Origin: Scenedesmus sp. PABB004
Lineage: Eukaryota
DNA: 64,000 nt
Assembly (NCBI GenBank): GCA_014905635.1
Contig: JABVCE010000005.1
Span: 1,488,001-1,552,000, forward strand
Direction: 5' to 3'
The position numbers and the translations under genes were made by a program. Of this stretch, positions 1 through 12,198 are shown piece after piece. Position 1 is the stretch's first letter, and the number at the start of each line of letters is the position of its first letter. Below the pieces are notes generated by a model. The model was not told the origin of the DNA, searched no databases, and was given only the letters and a program-made list of their open reading frames with translations.

Positions 1-3000
1 GAGCTGCACTTTCTGATTACGCCTGCTACCGACGCCTGCGCCAGCCTGCACCTGGAGCTGCCGGTCAGCTCGGCGGGCGACTGGCGCCCCGGGTGCGCCG
101 CCGCTGCTGCTGCCGCCAGCATGCTGCTGTCGCCAGCATGCTTGCTGCTGCACCGCACGGCGCCGCCTGTCGGCGGTGACCGGGGCTCGTGGCGCCCGGC
201 TGACGCCCAGGCGCGCCGCGCCGCCGCCTGCAGGGGCCCGTGCGCGCTGATGCGCGCGTGGGCGTGCGCCGCGCCGCCGGCGCCGGGCGCGGCGCGCTGC
301 TCGCGGCACTGGGCCGCGCCGCTGCTGCTGTACGCGCGCGACGGCTGGCCGGCGGCGCTCGCGGCGACGTGCGAGCAGGCGGCGGCGCTGCTGGGCGTGC
401 CGGCCGTGGCGGTGTGCGACGCGGTGACGCGCGAGCCGCTGGACTGGCCGCCGCCGGCGCGCGCGGCGGAGGCCATGGACGTGGACGGCGCGGCGGCCGC
501 GGCGCTGGCACGCGCGGCCCTGGGCGGGGGCGCGCCCGGCGCAGCGGCGCCGGCGGGCGCGCCGCCGCCGGGCGACGGCCCCGACCCCGGCGGCGCGCTC
601 GTGCTGCGCGTGCCGCGCCCGGTCGGCAACTGGTACAACACCCCCTGCGCCGCGCTCTACCTGCTGCTGGCGCTGCCCACGGCAGACGCGTTTGTGCGCG
701 GCGCGCGCTGCGGCGTCGAGCAGGCGGCGCGCTGCGGCAACGAGGGCGGCAACCGCGCGTTCTGCTCGCGGCACCGCGAGGCGCGCGTGACGCTGCTCGC
801 GCGCGACGGCGGCGTCGCCGCGACGGCGGCGACGCTGCGCGAGGTGCGCGCGCTGCTGGGCGTGCAGCGGCTGCGGCTGGAGCACGAGCTGCCAGACCTC
901 GCGTCCAAGCTGGCGCCCGGCGAGGAGGCGGACGTGCTGGGCACCGGCACGCCGCCGCCGGCGGGCGCCGAGCCCGCGCTGCAGCCGCTGGCAACACTCG
1001 TGCTGCATCCGAGCGGCGAGGAGTCGCCGGAGCGGGCGGCCGGCCGGCGCCGCAGCGGAAGCGGCTCCAGCCAGGAGTGTGGCGTGAAGCGGCCGGCCGA
1101 GCTGGAGCTGCGCGGCAGCGGCAGCAGCGCCCGGCTGGCGGGCGCGGCGCCGGCGGCCGCGCCCGCCGGGGCCGCGCCGGCGCTGCTGCGGCTGCTGCTG
1201 AGCCCGGAGCAGGCCGAGCGGGCGCTGCAGCAGGACGCCGCGCGGGAGCCGCCGCCGCGGGCGCTCGGCGGCCTCGCGCGCGACGGCGCCGACCAGCCGG
1301 CCGCGATCGCGCGGCGCGCGGCGCTGGCGCATGGCTACATCGACGTGCCCCTGGGCACGGTCGTCGGCGTGGTTCAGAGCAGCTGCCTGGGCCTCTGCCT
1401 GCAGCTGGACGTGGCGGACGGCCAGGAGCTGGCGGCGTGCGGGTGCGGGGCCGGCAGGGGCGGCCGGCGGGCTCCTGTGCGCGCCAGCATCGCTGCCGCA
1501 GCGCCCTCTGAGCTGCGCAATTGCTGCCGTCCCGTCCGCCGCCGCCGCCGCCTCGCAGGGGGCCCGTCCCGGTCATGGGCGGACGGCGCTGCGGCAACGT
1601 CGGCGGCACGCGGCGCCGCTGCAAGCAGCACCGCGCCGCCCTGGTGGCGCTCGTGGGCCGCGCGGGCGCCGAGCTCCCCGGCGCTGCTCACCTACAGGCG
1701 CTCGCGGCCGTGCTCAAGGTCGCGGGCGCCGAGGTGCTGGACAGCGCGAGCGAGCAGGCGCTGCCAGACTACCTCGCGCCGCCCACGGTGCCGACGTGGC
1801 AGCTCGGCCCCGGGAGCTCGCTGTTCCGCGTGCTGCTGCCGCGCGCCGAGGGCGCGTGCTGGGGCCTGGACATCACCACCAAGCGCCACCAGGGCGAGGC
1901 GCACGCCCTGGGGTGAGCCGCGGCGTGGCGCGGCGCGGCCGCGGCCGCGGCCTGCCTCTGGCGGCGCCGGGGGCGGCGCGCTCGTCCGTGACGCCGCCGC
2001 CGCCTGCCCGCCCGCCCCTGCCCGTCGCCGCAGCACGCCGCTGGCCGTGCTGTCCGTGACGCGCTGCCCCCACCGGGGCGGCGCACGGGGCGCCTGCCGC
2101 AGGCACCAGGCAGGGCTGCTGCAGCTCGTCGTGCAGGGCGCAAGCAGCGCCTTCCAAGCGTGCAGCAGCCTCGGCGAGCTGGCGATCTGGCTGGGCGTGG
2201 AGAGGGTGCGGCGCCCTGGCGGCCGCCGCGCGGCCGCAGCTCGGCCCGCCGGCGCAGCCTCACGTGCCGCCCCGGACGCGCGCGCGCACACGCAGGTGGA
2301 GATTGCCGACGCCGAGAGCCAGCAGCCGCTGGAGGCCTACACCACAGCCGGGGCGCCGGTGCAGCTGGCGATGCTGAGCGGCCCGGGCTCGGGGACGGGG
2401 CTCGCGCCGCCCACGCTGCAGGTCAGCCTGCCGCGCGGCTGGAGCGACGGCGGCGCGCCAGCCGCGCCGGGCGCCGCGGCGGGCAACACCCAGCAGCTGC
2501 TGGCGGGCGGCAACTGCGGCGTGGAGGTCGTCTGCGACGATTGCAGCGCCGACGGCGCGCAGCCGCTGGTGGTGGTGCGGGTCGAGCCCCGCCCGCTCGG
2601 CCCGGCGCAGCTGAACCCCTGCCGCGCGCTGGAACTGCTGCTGGGCCCGCCGCCGGGCGGCGAGGCCGGCGCGCCGTCGGGGTGCGCAGCGGCGCGAGCA
2701 GGGGGGCTGGGCGCGCGCCGCGCGCCCGCGCCGGCAGGCCGGACGGCGGCGCGCTGACGCGCGTGCGCCCTGCCCGCCGCTCGCAGGCCGCAGTCGGGCT
2801 GCCCGCTGCTGGCGGCGCAGCGCTGCGGCAACGAGGCGGGCAGCAAGTCGCGCTGCCGCACGCACAACGAGCACGCGGGCCACCTGCTCATGCTGCCGCA
2901 GCCGGCGGCAGCGGCGGCGGCGGCAGCTGCGGCCGCGCAGCAGGGCGGCGCGGCGCCGGCGCCGCAGCTGCTGCTCGTCGGCCGCGCGGCCACGGGCGCG

Positions 3001-3675
3001 GAGCTGGCGCGCGCGCTGGGCGCAAAGCGGCTGGTGCTGCAGGACAAGCTGTCCGGCGACGACCTGGGCGAGCTGGAGGACTGGTCGGCGTCCACCGTCG
3101 GCGGCACGGCCGCAAAGGTCGACACCGCGGGCGGCGGCGCGCAGGCCGGCGGCGGCGCGGCCGCACTCGCGCCCGGCGCGCTGCCGGCGCCGCTGGCGGC
3201 GCTGCTCGCGGGCAAGGGCTCCAGCGCTGCCGCGCGGCCGACGGGCGGGCCGCCGGCGGCGGCGACGGCGCCAGGAGCGGCAGCGGCAGCAGCGGCCGCA
3301 GCAGCAGCTGCTGCTGCGGCCGTGCCCGCGAGCGGCGCCGCTGAGGCCCCGCAGTCGCGCGGCGCGCCGCCGGGCCTGCGGCAGGCCGCGGACGCCGTCG
3401 CGCAGCCTCGCCTCTTCCGCAGCGGCTGTCCCCTCCCCGGGGTGCGGGGCGGCCGCAGCAGCGGCAGCGGCAGCGGCAGCGGCAGCACAATTGTGCTGCA
3501 TTCCAGCGCCATAGCGGAGTGCATCGCTGCCGGCGGCGGCGCTGGCGCGGCGCCGGGCGCCGGCGAGGCCCCGACGGCGGCGCCGGGCGCCGAGGGGCTG
3601 CCGGCGCCAGGGTTCACCACCTCGGCGCCGGCGCACCTCGCGCGCCTGGCGGCGGCGTTCAAGCAGCGGCCGTGA
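1..3675 (+). CDS. Large multi-exon hypothetical protein, 5' end outside window
   Basis: Coding-like frame open from base 1 (ELHFLITPATDAC...), probable intron 93-233, further coding-like blocks (VGNWYNTPCAALYLLLAL; SSLFRVLLPRAEGACWGLDITTKRH; LVLQDKLSGDDLGELEDW), TGA at 3673-3675. No family recognised. Confidence 0.6.
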
Positions 3676-3821
3676 CACACAGGGCAACAGTTGAAAGCCA
3701 GCCGCTGCCCGCTGCCCGCTTCCGACCGCTTCCGACGACGCAGCGCGCTCACCGGTGCTTGCGCCCTTGTTGTACAAGTGTTGAACCAGCGACGCCCCCC
3801 CCCCTCCCGCCCCCCTGCCCG

Positions 3822-4540
3822 TCAGTCCTTCTCCGCCTCCTCTGCCTTGTCGCTGCCGCCACCTTCACTGCCGCTCCCCTGCCGCTGCCGCTTCGCGTCG
3901 GGCGCCCCCTTCTCGTCCTCGCCGCCGTCGCCGCCGCCGCCGTCGCTGCCCTTTTTGGCGCACGCCGGGCAGCTCCAGTTGGCCTGGTCCTTGAGCTCCG
4001 CGCGGCTCTTGCCCAGGCACTCGGGGTGGTACCTGCGCGCCGCGCCGCGGCCAGCTCGCGCTCATGCTCGCGCTCGCGCTCGCGCGCCGCGGCGGGCAGG
4101 GCGGCGGCTCCGGCGGCAGTGGCAGCGCAGCGCCGCCGGGCTCACCACTCTGTGCACGCGTCGCACTGCACCATGACCTTGTCCGGGTTGTAGGGCATCT
4201 CACACACGCAGAACACCGGCACGCGCGGCGGCTTGAACTGCTTCGTCCCCGGCTGGGCGGGCGGCCGCGGGCGCGGGCGGGCGGGCGCGGGCGGGCGCGG
4301 GCGCGGCGGCGTCGGCGTCCAAAGGCCCCCGCCGCCGCGGCGCCGCGCCGCGGCCGCGCCCGCCCGCGGTGGCGCCGCACGTTGTAGGTGAAGCGCGCGA
4401 AGAAGTCGGTGTCGGCGACGCTGCTGAGCTCCTGGAACTTTGAGAGCGTGAGCACGCGGGCCTTGGAGATGACCGTCTTGACGCTGCACGTGTCGGTGTG
4501 GCCGCTCAGGAAGAGCTCGTGCCGGCCGTGGAAGGCCTGC

Positions 4541-4574
<34 letters not shown>

Positions 4575-5114
4575 GCGGGCATGTGCACGGGCGCGCGTCG
4601 GCGCGGCGCCCAGCGCAACGGTCGCAGCGCGGCGCCGCGCAGCGCGGCGGGCGCAGCGCCGCGCCTTGCGGCCGCCGACCGCCTCTTCTGGCCGGTAGAA
4701 CCACTTGACCCCCAGCTGCACGTCGCCCTTGTCGGGCTGCACGATGCTGGTGACCTCCCCGATCTGCGCGGCCGGCGGCGGCGGCGGCGGCGGTGGCCGC
4801 GGCGCGCTGCTGGGCGCGGGCGGCGGCGCGGCGCGGGCAGCGCGGCGCCGCCCGCAGCTGCGCCCGGCCCGACGCACGAAGGGCTCCGTGCTCGACGACG
4901 AGGCGTCCGGCCGGATCAGCACGCAGTCGTGCACTGCGCGGCGGCGGCGGCGGCGCGCGTGATCGGCGGCGGTGGCGCTGCCCGCTGCGCAGCCCCGTGC
5001 AAGAGCGGCCCCCGTGCCTTTGATGACCATCGGCGCCGCCCCCTGCTCGTGCTTGGTCCCAGGGTGCTCCACGGACTCGAGCTTCTTGCCCTTGGGCAGG
5101 TCGGGCGGCGCCAT
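3822..5114 (-). CDS. BAH-PHD chromatin reader (EBS/SHL-like), 6 exons
   Basis: Spliced exons give VHDCVLIRP, VKWFYRPEEAVGGRKAFHGRHELFLSGHTD, DFFARFTY (BAH), then VFCVCEMPYNPDKVMVQCDACTEWYHPECL (PHD). ATG at 5114, TGA at 3822. Confidence 0.92.
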
Positions 5115-5563
5115 GGCGGCGCGGCGCGGCCGGCCTCGCGCGAGCAGCGGCGTCGCGCAGCGGCGGCGCGCAGCGGCTCGGCTCGCGCGGCTGTGTGCGA
5201 CGCCGCGCCGCGGCTGCTCGCGCCGCGGGTGACGGGAGGTGTGGCGTGCGGGGGTGGAGGCGCAGGGATGGAGGGGGACGGCACGCAGAAAAAAACAGCG
5301 TTCATGACACCTGCCGAGAAGCTGCACAGCCCGCGGTCGCGCTGCGCCTCCCCGCCCACACGAGAGCGCAGTGCGCCCGTCCACTCGCGCTCCGCGACGG
5401 CCCCCGCCCTCGACCGGCGTGCACGGAGCAGACGCCCGCGCGAATCAATCAAACGTGCTCGCCGAACAGCCTGCGCAAACTGGCCAGCCCTGCCTGATCC
5501 CGCTCCCCAGCCACACACACAGCGGAGGCACGCTCACAGGCGCGCCCCGCGGCAGCAGCGCCC

Positions 5564-7557
5564 ATGGAGGTGGACGCGCCGCCGCTGCGCGACCAGGCGC
5601 CGCCGCCCGCGGCAGCCAAGCCCACCTACGAGCTGCCCTGGGTGCGGGGGGGCGGGCCGTCAGGCGGGCGTCACAGCCTGACCAGCGCGGCGGGCGCAGC
5701 CGCCGCGCAGCGCAGCGCGGGCCTCGCGCTGCTGCGCCGCCCGACGCGCCGCCGCGCCTGGGCGTCGGGGCGCCAGGTCGAGAAGTACCGCCCCGCGCTC
5801 GTGCGCGACATCGTGGGCAACGTGGAGGCGGTCGCGCGGCTGCAGGTCATCGCGGAGGAGGGCAACATGCCAAACATGATCCTTGCGGTGCGCGGCGCGG
5901 CGCGCGAGGGAGGGGCCCCGCCGGCGCGCGCCGGCGGCGCGCGCGCCGGCGGCGGGCGGCTCAGCGCCGCCATGCCGACCACGCCGCAGGGCCCGCCCGG
6001 CACAGGCAAGACCACGAGCATCCTCGCGGTCGCGCGGCAGCTGCTGGGGCCGAGCTTCAAGGACGCGGTGCTGGAGCTCAACGCGAGCGACGACCGGTGA
6101 CCGCGCCGCCGCGCCGCGCGCCCGCGCCGTGCGCCCGCGCCGCGCTGGGGCAGTGGCGCGCGGCGCGCAGCGCTCGGCCGCGGGCGCCCACGCCCCGCCG
6201 TCGCGGTCGCCGCCGCCGCCGCGGTCGCCGCTGCGGCGCAGCGGCATCGACGTCGTGCGCAACAAGATCAAGATGTTTGCGCAGAAGAAGGTCACGCTGC
6301 CGCCGGGGCGCCACAAAATCGTCATCCTCGACGAGGCGGACAGGCAAACGCGCGCACGCAGCGCGCGCGCGGGCGTGGCTGCGTGTGTGCGCGCAGGCGG
6401 GCCCCGGCGCGCCGCCCGCCTGACGCGCCGCGCCCCGCGCCGCCGCCGCCGCGCAGCATGACGTCGGGCGCGCAGCAGGCGCTGCGCCGCACGATGGAGA
6501 TCTACAGCAACACCACGCGCTTCGCGCTCGCCTGCAACACCAGCAGCAAGGCGCGCCGCGCGCCGCCGCGCGCCGCCGCGCGCCGCCGCGCGCCGCCGCG
6601 CGCCGCCGGCCCCGCGCGCCGCACTGCGGCCGCCGCAGACGCGCGCGCCCGGCGCCGGCCCGCCCCCGCACGCGGCGGCGCAGGTGATCGAGCCCATTCA
6701 GAGCCGCTGCGCGATCGTGCGCTTCACCAAGGTCTCCGACGCGGACGTGCTGGCGCGCCTGCAGACGGTGCACCGCCGCGCGCGCCCGCGCGCCCACGCG
6801 CCGGCCGCGCCGGCCGCGGCACCCTCTGAGCCCCGGCCGCCGCCCGCGCCGGCCCGCGCGCGTGCCAGGTGATTGCCAAGGAGGGCATCACCGCGAGCAG
6901 CGACGGCCTGGAGGCGATCATCTTCACCGCCGACGGCGACATGCGCCAGGCGCTCAACAACCTGCAGGCGCGCCGCCGCACAGCGTGCCGCCGCGCGGCG
7001 CGGGGCCGGCGGCCGGGCGCCGACGCCGCCTGCCGCACCGCGCCGCGCGCAACAACCTGCAGGCGACGCACACGGGCTTTGGCGACGTGACGGCGGAGAG
7101 CGTGTTCAAGGTCTGCGACCAGCCGCACCCCGCGCTCGTGCGGCAGATGCTGGAGTCGGCCGCCGCGGGCGACCTGCCCACCGCGTACGCCGGCATGAAG
7201 GCGCTCTGCGACATGGGCTACTCGCCCGTCGACATCATCACCACCGTCTTCAGGGTGCGGCGCTGCCGCGCCCGCCGCGCGGCGGCGCCGCCCGGCCGCC
7301 TGCCTGCGCGCCGCCGCCCGCCCCCCCCCCCCCCCGGCTCCCAGCGCTGCGCGCCGCGCCCGCCGCGCACGCGCACGCGCGCGCGTGCGCGCGCCGCGCA
7401 GGTGGCCAAGGTGGCGGAGGGCATGAGCGAGTTCCTGCGCCTCGAGTTCCTGCGCGAGATCGGCTTTGCGCACATGCGCATCGGCGAGGGCGTGAACAGC
7501 CGGCTGCAGCTCAGCGGCCTGCTCGCCAAGCTCTGCAAGCTGTCGCTGGCCGCGTGA
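5564..7557 (+). CDS. RFC2: Replication factor C small subunit (human RFC2 / yeast Rfc4 type), 9 exons
   Basis: [21 protein letters not shown]alker [47 protein letters not shown]. Confidence 0.97.
6955..7065 (+). repeat. 16-bp direct repeat CAACAACCTGCAGGCG spanning both ends of an RFC2 intron
   Basis: Identical copies at 6955-6970 and 7050-7065; intron 6968-7062. Confidence 0.9.
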
Positions 7558-7821
7558 GCGCACGCGCGCGCGCGCGGCGCGGCGGCGGTGTGAGCGGCGC
7601 GCAGAGCGGACGGGCGGGCGTTGCCAGCTTGCGACCGGCTGCAGCCCCCGGCCCGCGCCGTGGCAACTGCGTGAGCCAACTGTCGACAACACCTAAACTC
7701 GGCTGTGCGCGCTCGCTGCTAGCCGACACAACTCGCCTGCGCGCGCTCGCTGCACCGACCCGCGTCGTGACCGCCCCCTGCCGGACCCCGCCGCCGACTC
7801 TGTCGTCCCTGCCGGCCGCGC

Positions 7822-10525
7822 TCAGCACGGCAGGTTGCTGCGCGGCCCCGCGCCGCTGGGCGCAGCCGCCTCGGCCTGGATTGCCTGCAGAGCGCTGAGG
7901 AAGGCGGGGTCGGCGCGGCCAAAGACCGCCTCCACCGTGTTGGCCGCCGCCGCAGGCTCCGACGAGCGCGTGGGTCCGGACCGCTGCGCGCGCCCGCCGC
8001 TCCCCCGCCGCTTGCGGCCGCCGGCGGCGGCGTCCTGCCGCCCACCGGCGGCGGGCGGCGGCGTGCGCACGCTAGGGCTCCTGCTGATGCTGCTGCCGTC
8101 GCGTGGCGCGTGTCCCTGGGGCGCACCCTGCAGGAACCACGGGCGCTCTGCGCCGCCAGGCGTCGGCGGCTGCGGCAGCGGGCCCGGCGCCCACGGTTGC
8201 GGCTGCGCGCCGCCCGCCTGCGCGAGCGCCGGCGGCTGCGGCAGCGGGCCGGTCGGCAGCTGCAGCATGCCTCCCTCCAGGCGCTGCAGCTGCGGCAGCA
8301 GGCCCACAGCTGTGGACGCCCACCGCTGTGGCTGCACGCCGCCCGCCTGCGCGAGCGCCGGCGGCTGCGGCAGCGGGCCCGGCGCCCACAGCTGCGACCG
8401 CGCGCCGCCCGCCTGCTCGATCACGGGCGGCAGCAGCCGGCCTGCCGCCAGCAGCTGCGGCCTCACCCTGCCCGCCTGCGCAGGCGTGGGCGGCAGCGGC
8501 AGCGAGCCCGCCGGCACCGGCAGCTCGTGGTCCAGCTCCATGGCTGAGGGCGGCACGCCGCCGCCGCCGCCGCCTCCCCGCTCCGAAGCGCACGGGCTTG
8601 GCTGCTCCTGGCACACGTCCTGCCTGGCGCGCTTGCGCACGTCGGTGCGGCCGCTCCACGTGGCCTTCCTCCTGAGCCTGAGCCGTGCGGCCTCCGCCGC
8701 GCGCGCGGCCGCCTGCACGCCCGCGTGCGCCGCGAGCAGCTGCTCCAGCGCCGCCGCCGCCGCCAGGGGGCGCGCGAGGCTCTTGGCGCGCGCGCCGTGG
8801 CACGCACGTACCAGCTGCAGCGAGCTCGCAGGCCGGCCGGCGCCGCTGCCGGCCGGGGCAGCAACCACGCTGACCTCGCAGACGTGCCAGGGCTGGCCCG
8901 GCTTGGCCGCCGCGCCGCCGGCCTGTCCCGTCTCCTGGCCGCCGGCCTCGCCGTCCACCGCAGGCGGCGCCTCGTGCGGCGCGCCGCCCGCCGCCGCGCC
9001 CGCGCCGCCCGTCGCCGCGCCGGCGCCAGTGCTGCCCGCCTCGGCCCAGCGCTCGCGCACCAGCAGCCCCGTCGCGCCTGCATAGGTCTTAAGCAGCCCC
9101 ATGACGGCCACGATGCCCAGCGGCCCGCCCGGGGTCGCGTCAGAGGCGCCCTCCTGCTCGCGCTGGGCCGCCGTGAGCGCCGCACAGTGCGCCGCGACCG
9201 CGGGGAAGGCCGCCAGGCTCAGCGCGGCGGCGGCGGCTGCTGCCCGCTTGGCCTCCACCACCGCCGCGACGTCCGCCGCCTGCTTGCGCGCCCCCGCCTC
9301 GCGCCGCTGGCGCCGCGCCTCCGCCGCGTCGCCGCCGCCCGACCGCGACGGCGCGGCGCGCGCGCGCGCCGCCTCGGCCAGCGGGCTGCACGCGTCGCGC
9401 AGCAGGGCCTCGATCGTGGCCGCGTCGCCGGCCGGCGTGCCGCGGACGCGCTGCTCCGCCACCTCTGGGTTGAGCGTCGAAATGAACCTGTGGCGCGGCA
9501 GCGCGGCGGCGCGCCGCCACCGCGCGGTGAGCAAGGTGGCCGGCACGGCGGCGCCGTGCAGCGTCGGGCCGCCTGTGCCGCGCCGCGCCGCGCCTGCGCA
9601 GCACCAGGCCCGGCTCGCGCTGCAGCACGCCCTCCAGCAGCGCGCCGGCGGCCGCGCGCCGGGCGGTGCGGCTGTTGGGCCCCGCGCCGCGGCCGCTGAA
9701 CAGCACGTGCCCGCCGCAGGCCAGGCTCGCGGTGGCAACAAATCGCTCATCAGCGCGGCACCCTCCGCCGCCGCCGCCGCCGGCCGCGAGGGCGGGCAGG
9801 CTGCGTGCCTGCCTCTCTCCCTCCTCCGCCGCGCGCTCGCCGGCGCCGGGGCTGCCGGCGCCGCCGCACGCGTCGCGCACGTCGTAGAGCGGGGAGCTGC
9901 CCAGCGGGCTGGAGAGCGTGACCAGCAGCGTCTGCACGCTTACGACGCCGCGCCCGGCCACCTCCGCGGCCGCGTTGACGCGCCGGAGCAGCGTCCACGC
10001 GGCCGGGTGCGCGGCCGGGTCGACGTCCGCCAGCGCGTCGGCCGCCGCGCCCGCCGGCGGCGGCTTGCGCAGCCGCGCGGCCTCGGACGCGACGTCAATG
10101 CACAGCGCAGCGGCCGAGGCCTCCACCGCCGCGCGCACCGCGGCCAGTGCCTCGGCCGGCGTCGCCGGCGCGTCCACGCGGAGCGGCGTCGCCGCCGCGG
10201 CGCCGACGGTCGCGCCCGGCGCGCGCAGCAGGCGGCGCGCCGGCGTCGCTGCGGACGCCGGCACCGACAGCACCGCGCTCGCCGCGGCCGCGCGCAGCCG
10301 GGCGCCGGCGCTGGTGCTGAAGCCGGCCGCCGGCGCGGGGAGAGGCGTGGGCGCGGCAGGCGTGGGCGGCGGCGCTAGGGCGTAGGCGGGCACGACCGGG
10401 GCAGCGCAGCGCGCCGCGGCCGCCGCGCCCGCCGCGAGCAGCGCCGCGTGGCGCGCCGCCTGTTCGGCCCGGGACGCCGCCGGGGGCGCCTCCAGGGGCG
10501 CCGCCGTCGCCGCCGCGGCCGCCAT
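7822..10525 (-). CDS. Hypothetical protein with two putative degenerate dsRNA-binding domains and a Pro/Gln-rich repeat tail, 2 exons
   Basis: ORF 10525-9594 is joined by a GC-AG intron (9593-9488) to ORF 9487-7822. Segments FVATASL...FSGRGAGPNSRTARRAAAGALLE and WHVCEVSV...CHGARAKSLARPLAAAAALEQL resemble the dsRBD G-x-G-x-S-K-K-x-A-x3-AA-x2-AL ending. Confidence 0.55.
8160..8490 (-). repeat. Coding tandem repeats (GPLPQPPALAQAGG-like units)
   Basis: Repeated cgcccgcctgcgcgagcgccggcggctgcggcagcgggcc blocks near 8211 and 8340, with more degenerate copies on either side. Confidence 0.75.
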
Positions 10526-10781
10526 TGCGGGCGGCGCGCGGGCGCGCGCAGCAGCAGCGCGGCGCGGCGCGGCGCGGGCGAGCCTGGGGCGTCAAGGCGC
10601 GCGTGGGCGCGTCGGGGCGCGGATTGAGGCGCCTGGGAGCGCGCCCCGGGCGCGGGGCGGCGGCACGGCGTCGTTCGCGGGGAGGCGTGCGCTTCTGCGG
10701 CGAACCGCGGCGGCGGCAGCTCGGCGGCGCGGCTCCCCATTCACTCGTCCGTTCACCCCCGCGCGCACGCTTGCCTCGCGC

Positions 10782-10829
10782 CGCCGCTCGCCGCACGCGC
10801 CGCTCGCCGCACGCGCCGCTCGCCGCACG
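10782..10829. repeat. Minisatellite, 16-bp unit CGCCGCTCGCCGCACG x3, in a divergent intergenic region
   Basis: Three consecutive exact units followed by degenerate ones. Confidence 0.75.
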
Positions 10830-11165
10830 CACGCCGCTCCGCCCGCCGCACGTGCCGCGTGATCGCGAGCGGGGACGCGGAGAGCGGCAGAAGCCGAGGC
10901 CTCGCCGCCGCAGGCTCCCGGGGACAGCCGCTGCGGGCGGCCTGCAGCGCGCCGCTCCGGCGCGGAGCAGCGGCATGGTGCGCGGCGCCCCTGGCGGGCT
11001 CCCCCCTCGCGTCCAGCACCTACGGGACGGCCTCGCGGCCCACAGCACCGCGGCGGCCGCGGCAGCCGCGCCGGCGCCGGCGCGCGCAAACACAGCAGCG
11101 GCTCCAGCACGCGCCGCCGTCGCGCCCACGCGCCCACGCGCTGACGCGCCGCGCGACCGCAGAGC

Positions 11166-11738
11166 ATGTACGTCCGCGTCAAGCGGCACAAGACCACCGT
11201 GTTCCTGCAGGTGGAGCCGACCGACACGGTGCTGGAGGTGAAGCAGAAGCTGCAGGGCCTGCTCGAGATGGTGCGGCGGCGGCCGGGGCGACCCGCTGCG
11301 CGCAGCGCGCACGCGCCGCCGCCCCGCCGGCCGGGGCCGCCGCGCCGCCGCTGACGCCGCGCCGCGCCGCCGCAGCCGCCGGACAAGGTCGCGCTGCACA
11401 AGGAGGCGCGTGAGGGCAGCGGCGCGTGGCAGGCACTCGACGACGCGCGCAAGCTGGCCGACCTGCGGGTCGAGAACGACGAGGTGCTGGCGATGACCTA
11501 CGCCAGCGAGGGTGCGCGCGCGCGCTGCTCCCGGCGGCCGGCAGCGCGGCGCGGCGGCAGCCTCGCGCGCGCGCGCGCTCGTGCGGCGCGCTGGCGCAGC
11601 CCCGGCCCAGCGCGCGCCCTCCCGCCCTGGCCCGCCGCCGCAGAGGGCGGCTGGGAGGCCGTCAAGATCATCGCCGTGGGCGCCGAGGAGGACGAGCCTG
11701 CCGGCGGCGGCGCCGCGGCCGACGCGGCCGGGAGCTAG
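11166..11738 (+). CDS. Elongin B-like ubiquitin-like protein, 3 exons
   Basis: MYVRVKRHKTTVFLQVEPTDTVLEVKQKL...LDDARKLADLRVENDEVLAMTY; TAG at 11736-11738. Confidence 0.85.
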
Positions 11739-12198
11739 CGGGCGCGGCGCGCGCGCGCCGGCTGCAGGCGCAGCCTGGCGCGCGCGGCTGGACGGCAAGA
11801 GCTGGCGGGCAACACTCGGCGCAGAAGCTGAGCGCGCGCTCCCAACCGCCGGCTTGCGCCCCGGCGGCGCGCGCCGCCGAACCGCAGAGGCCCCCCACGC
11901 CGCACGCCGTCACCCGCCTCACGTCGCCAGCAGCCGCGCGCAGCCGAGCAGCCCAACAGAGAGAGAGAGAGCGGGCCACCTCCGGGACGTGCTCCGCTGC
12001 TGCTCTTGCGTGCCCCGCTGCAGCTCGCCTGTCGCAGCAGCTCGCCCGGCTTCAGCTGACGCGCGCCTAGCGGCTGGGCTCGCCGGGCAGCGCCGGGGCG
12101 GTCGGCAGCGCCCGCAGGGCGGGAGGCCGATGCTTCTCCGGCCCCCCGCGCCCAGCGGGGCTCGCAGCGCCCCTTGAGGCGGCCGGCAGGGCGGCGCC

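Noticed and set aside
6551..6610. Short tandem repeats in introns (also about 13140-13230, 34445-34520, 37400-37460) as possible CRISPR or introner arrays
   Set aside because: No unique spacers, no cas genes and no shared element between unrelated genes; these are ordinary micro- and minisatellites.
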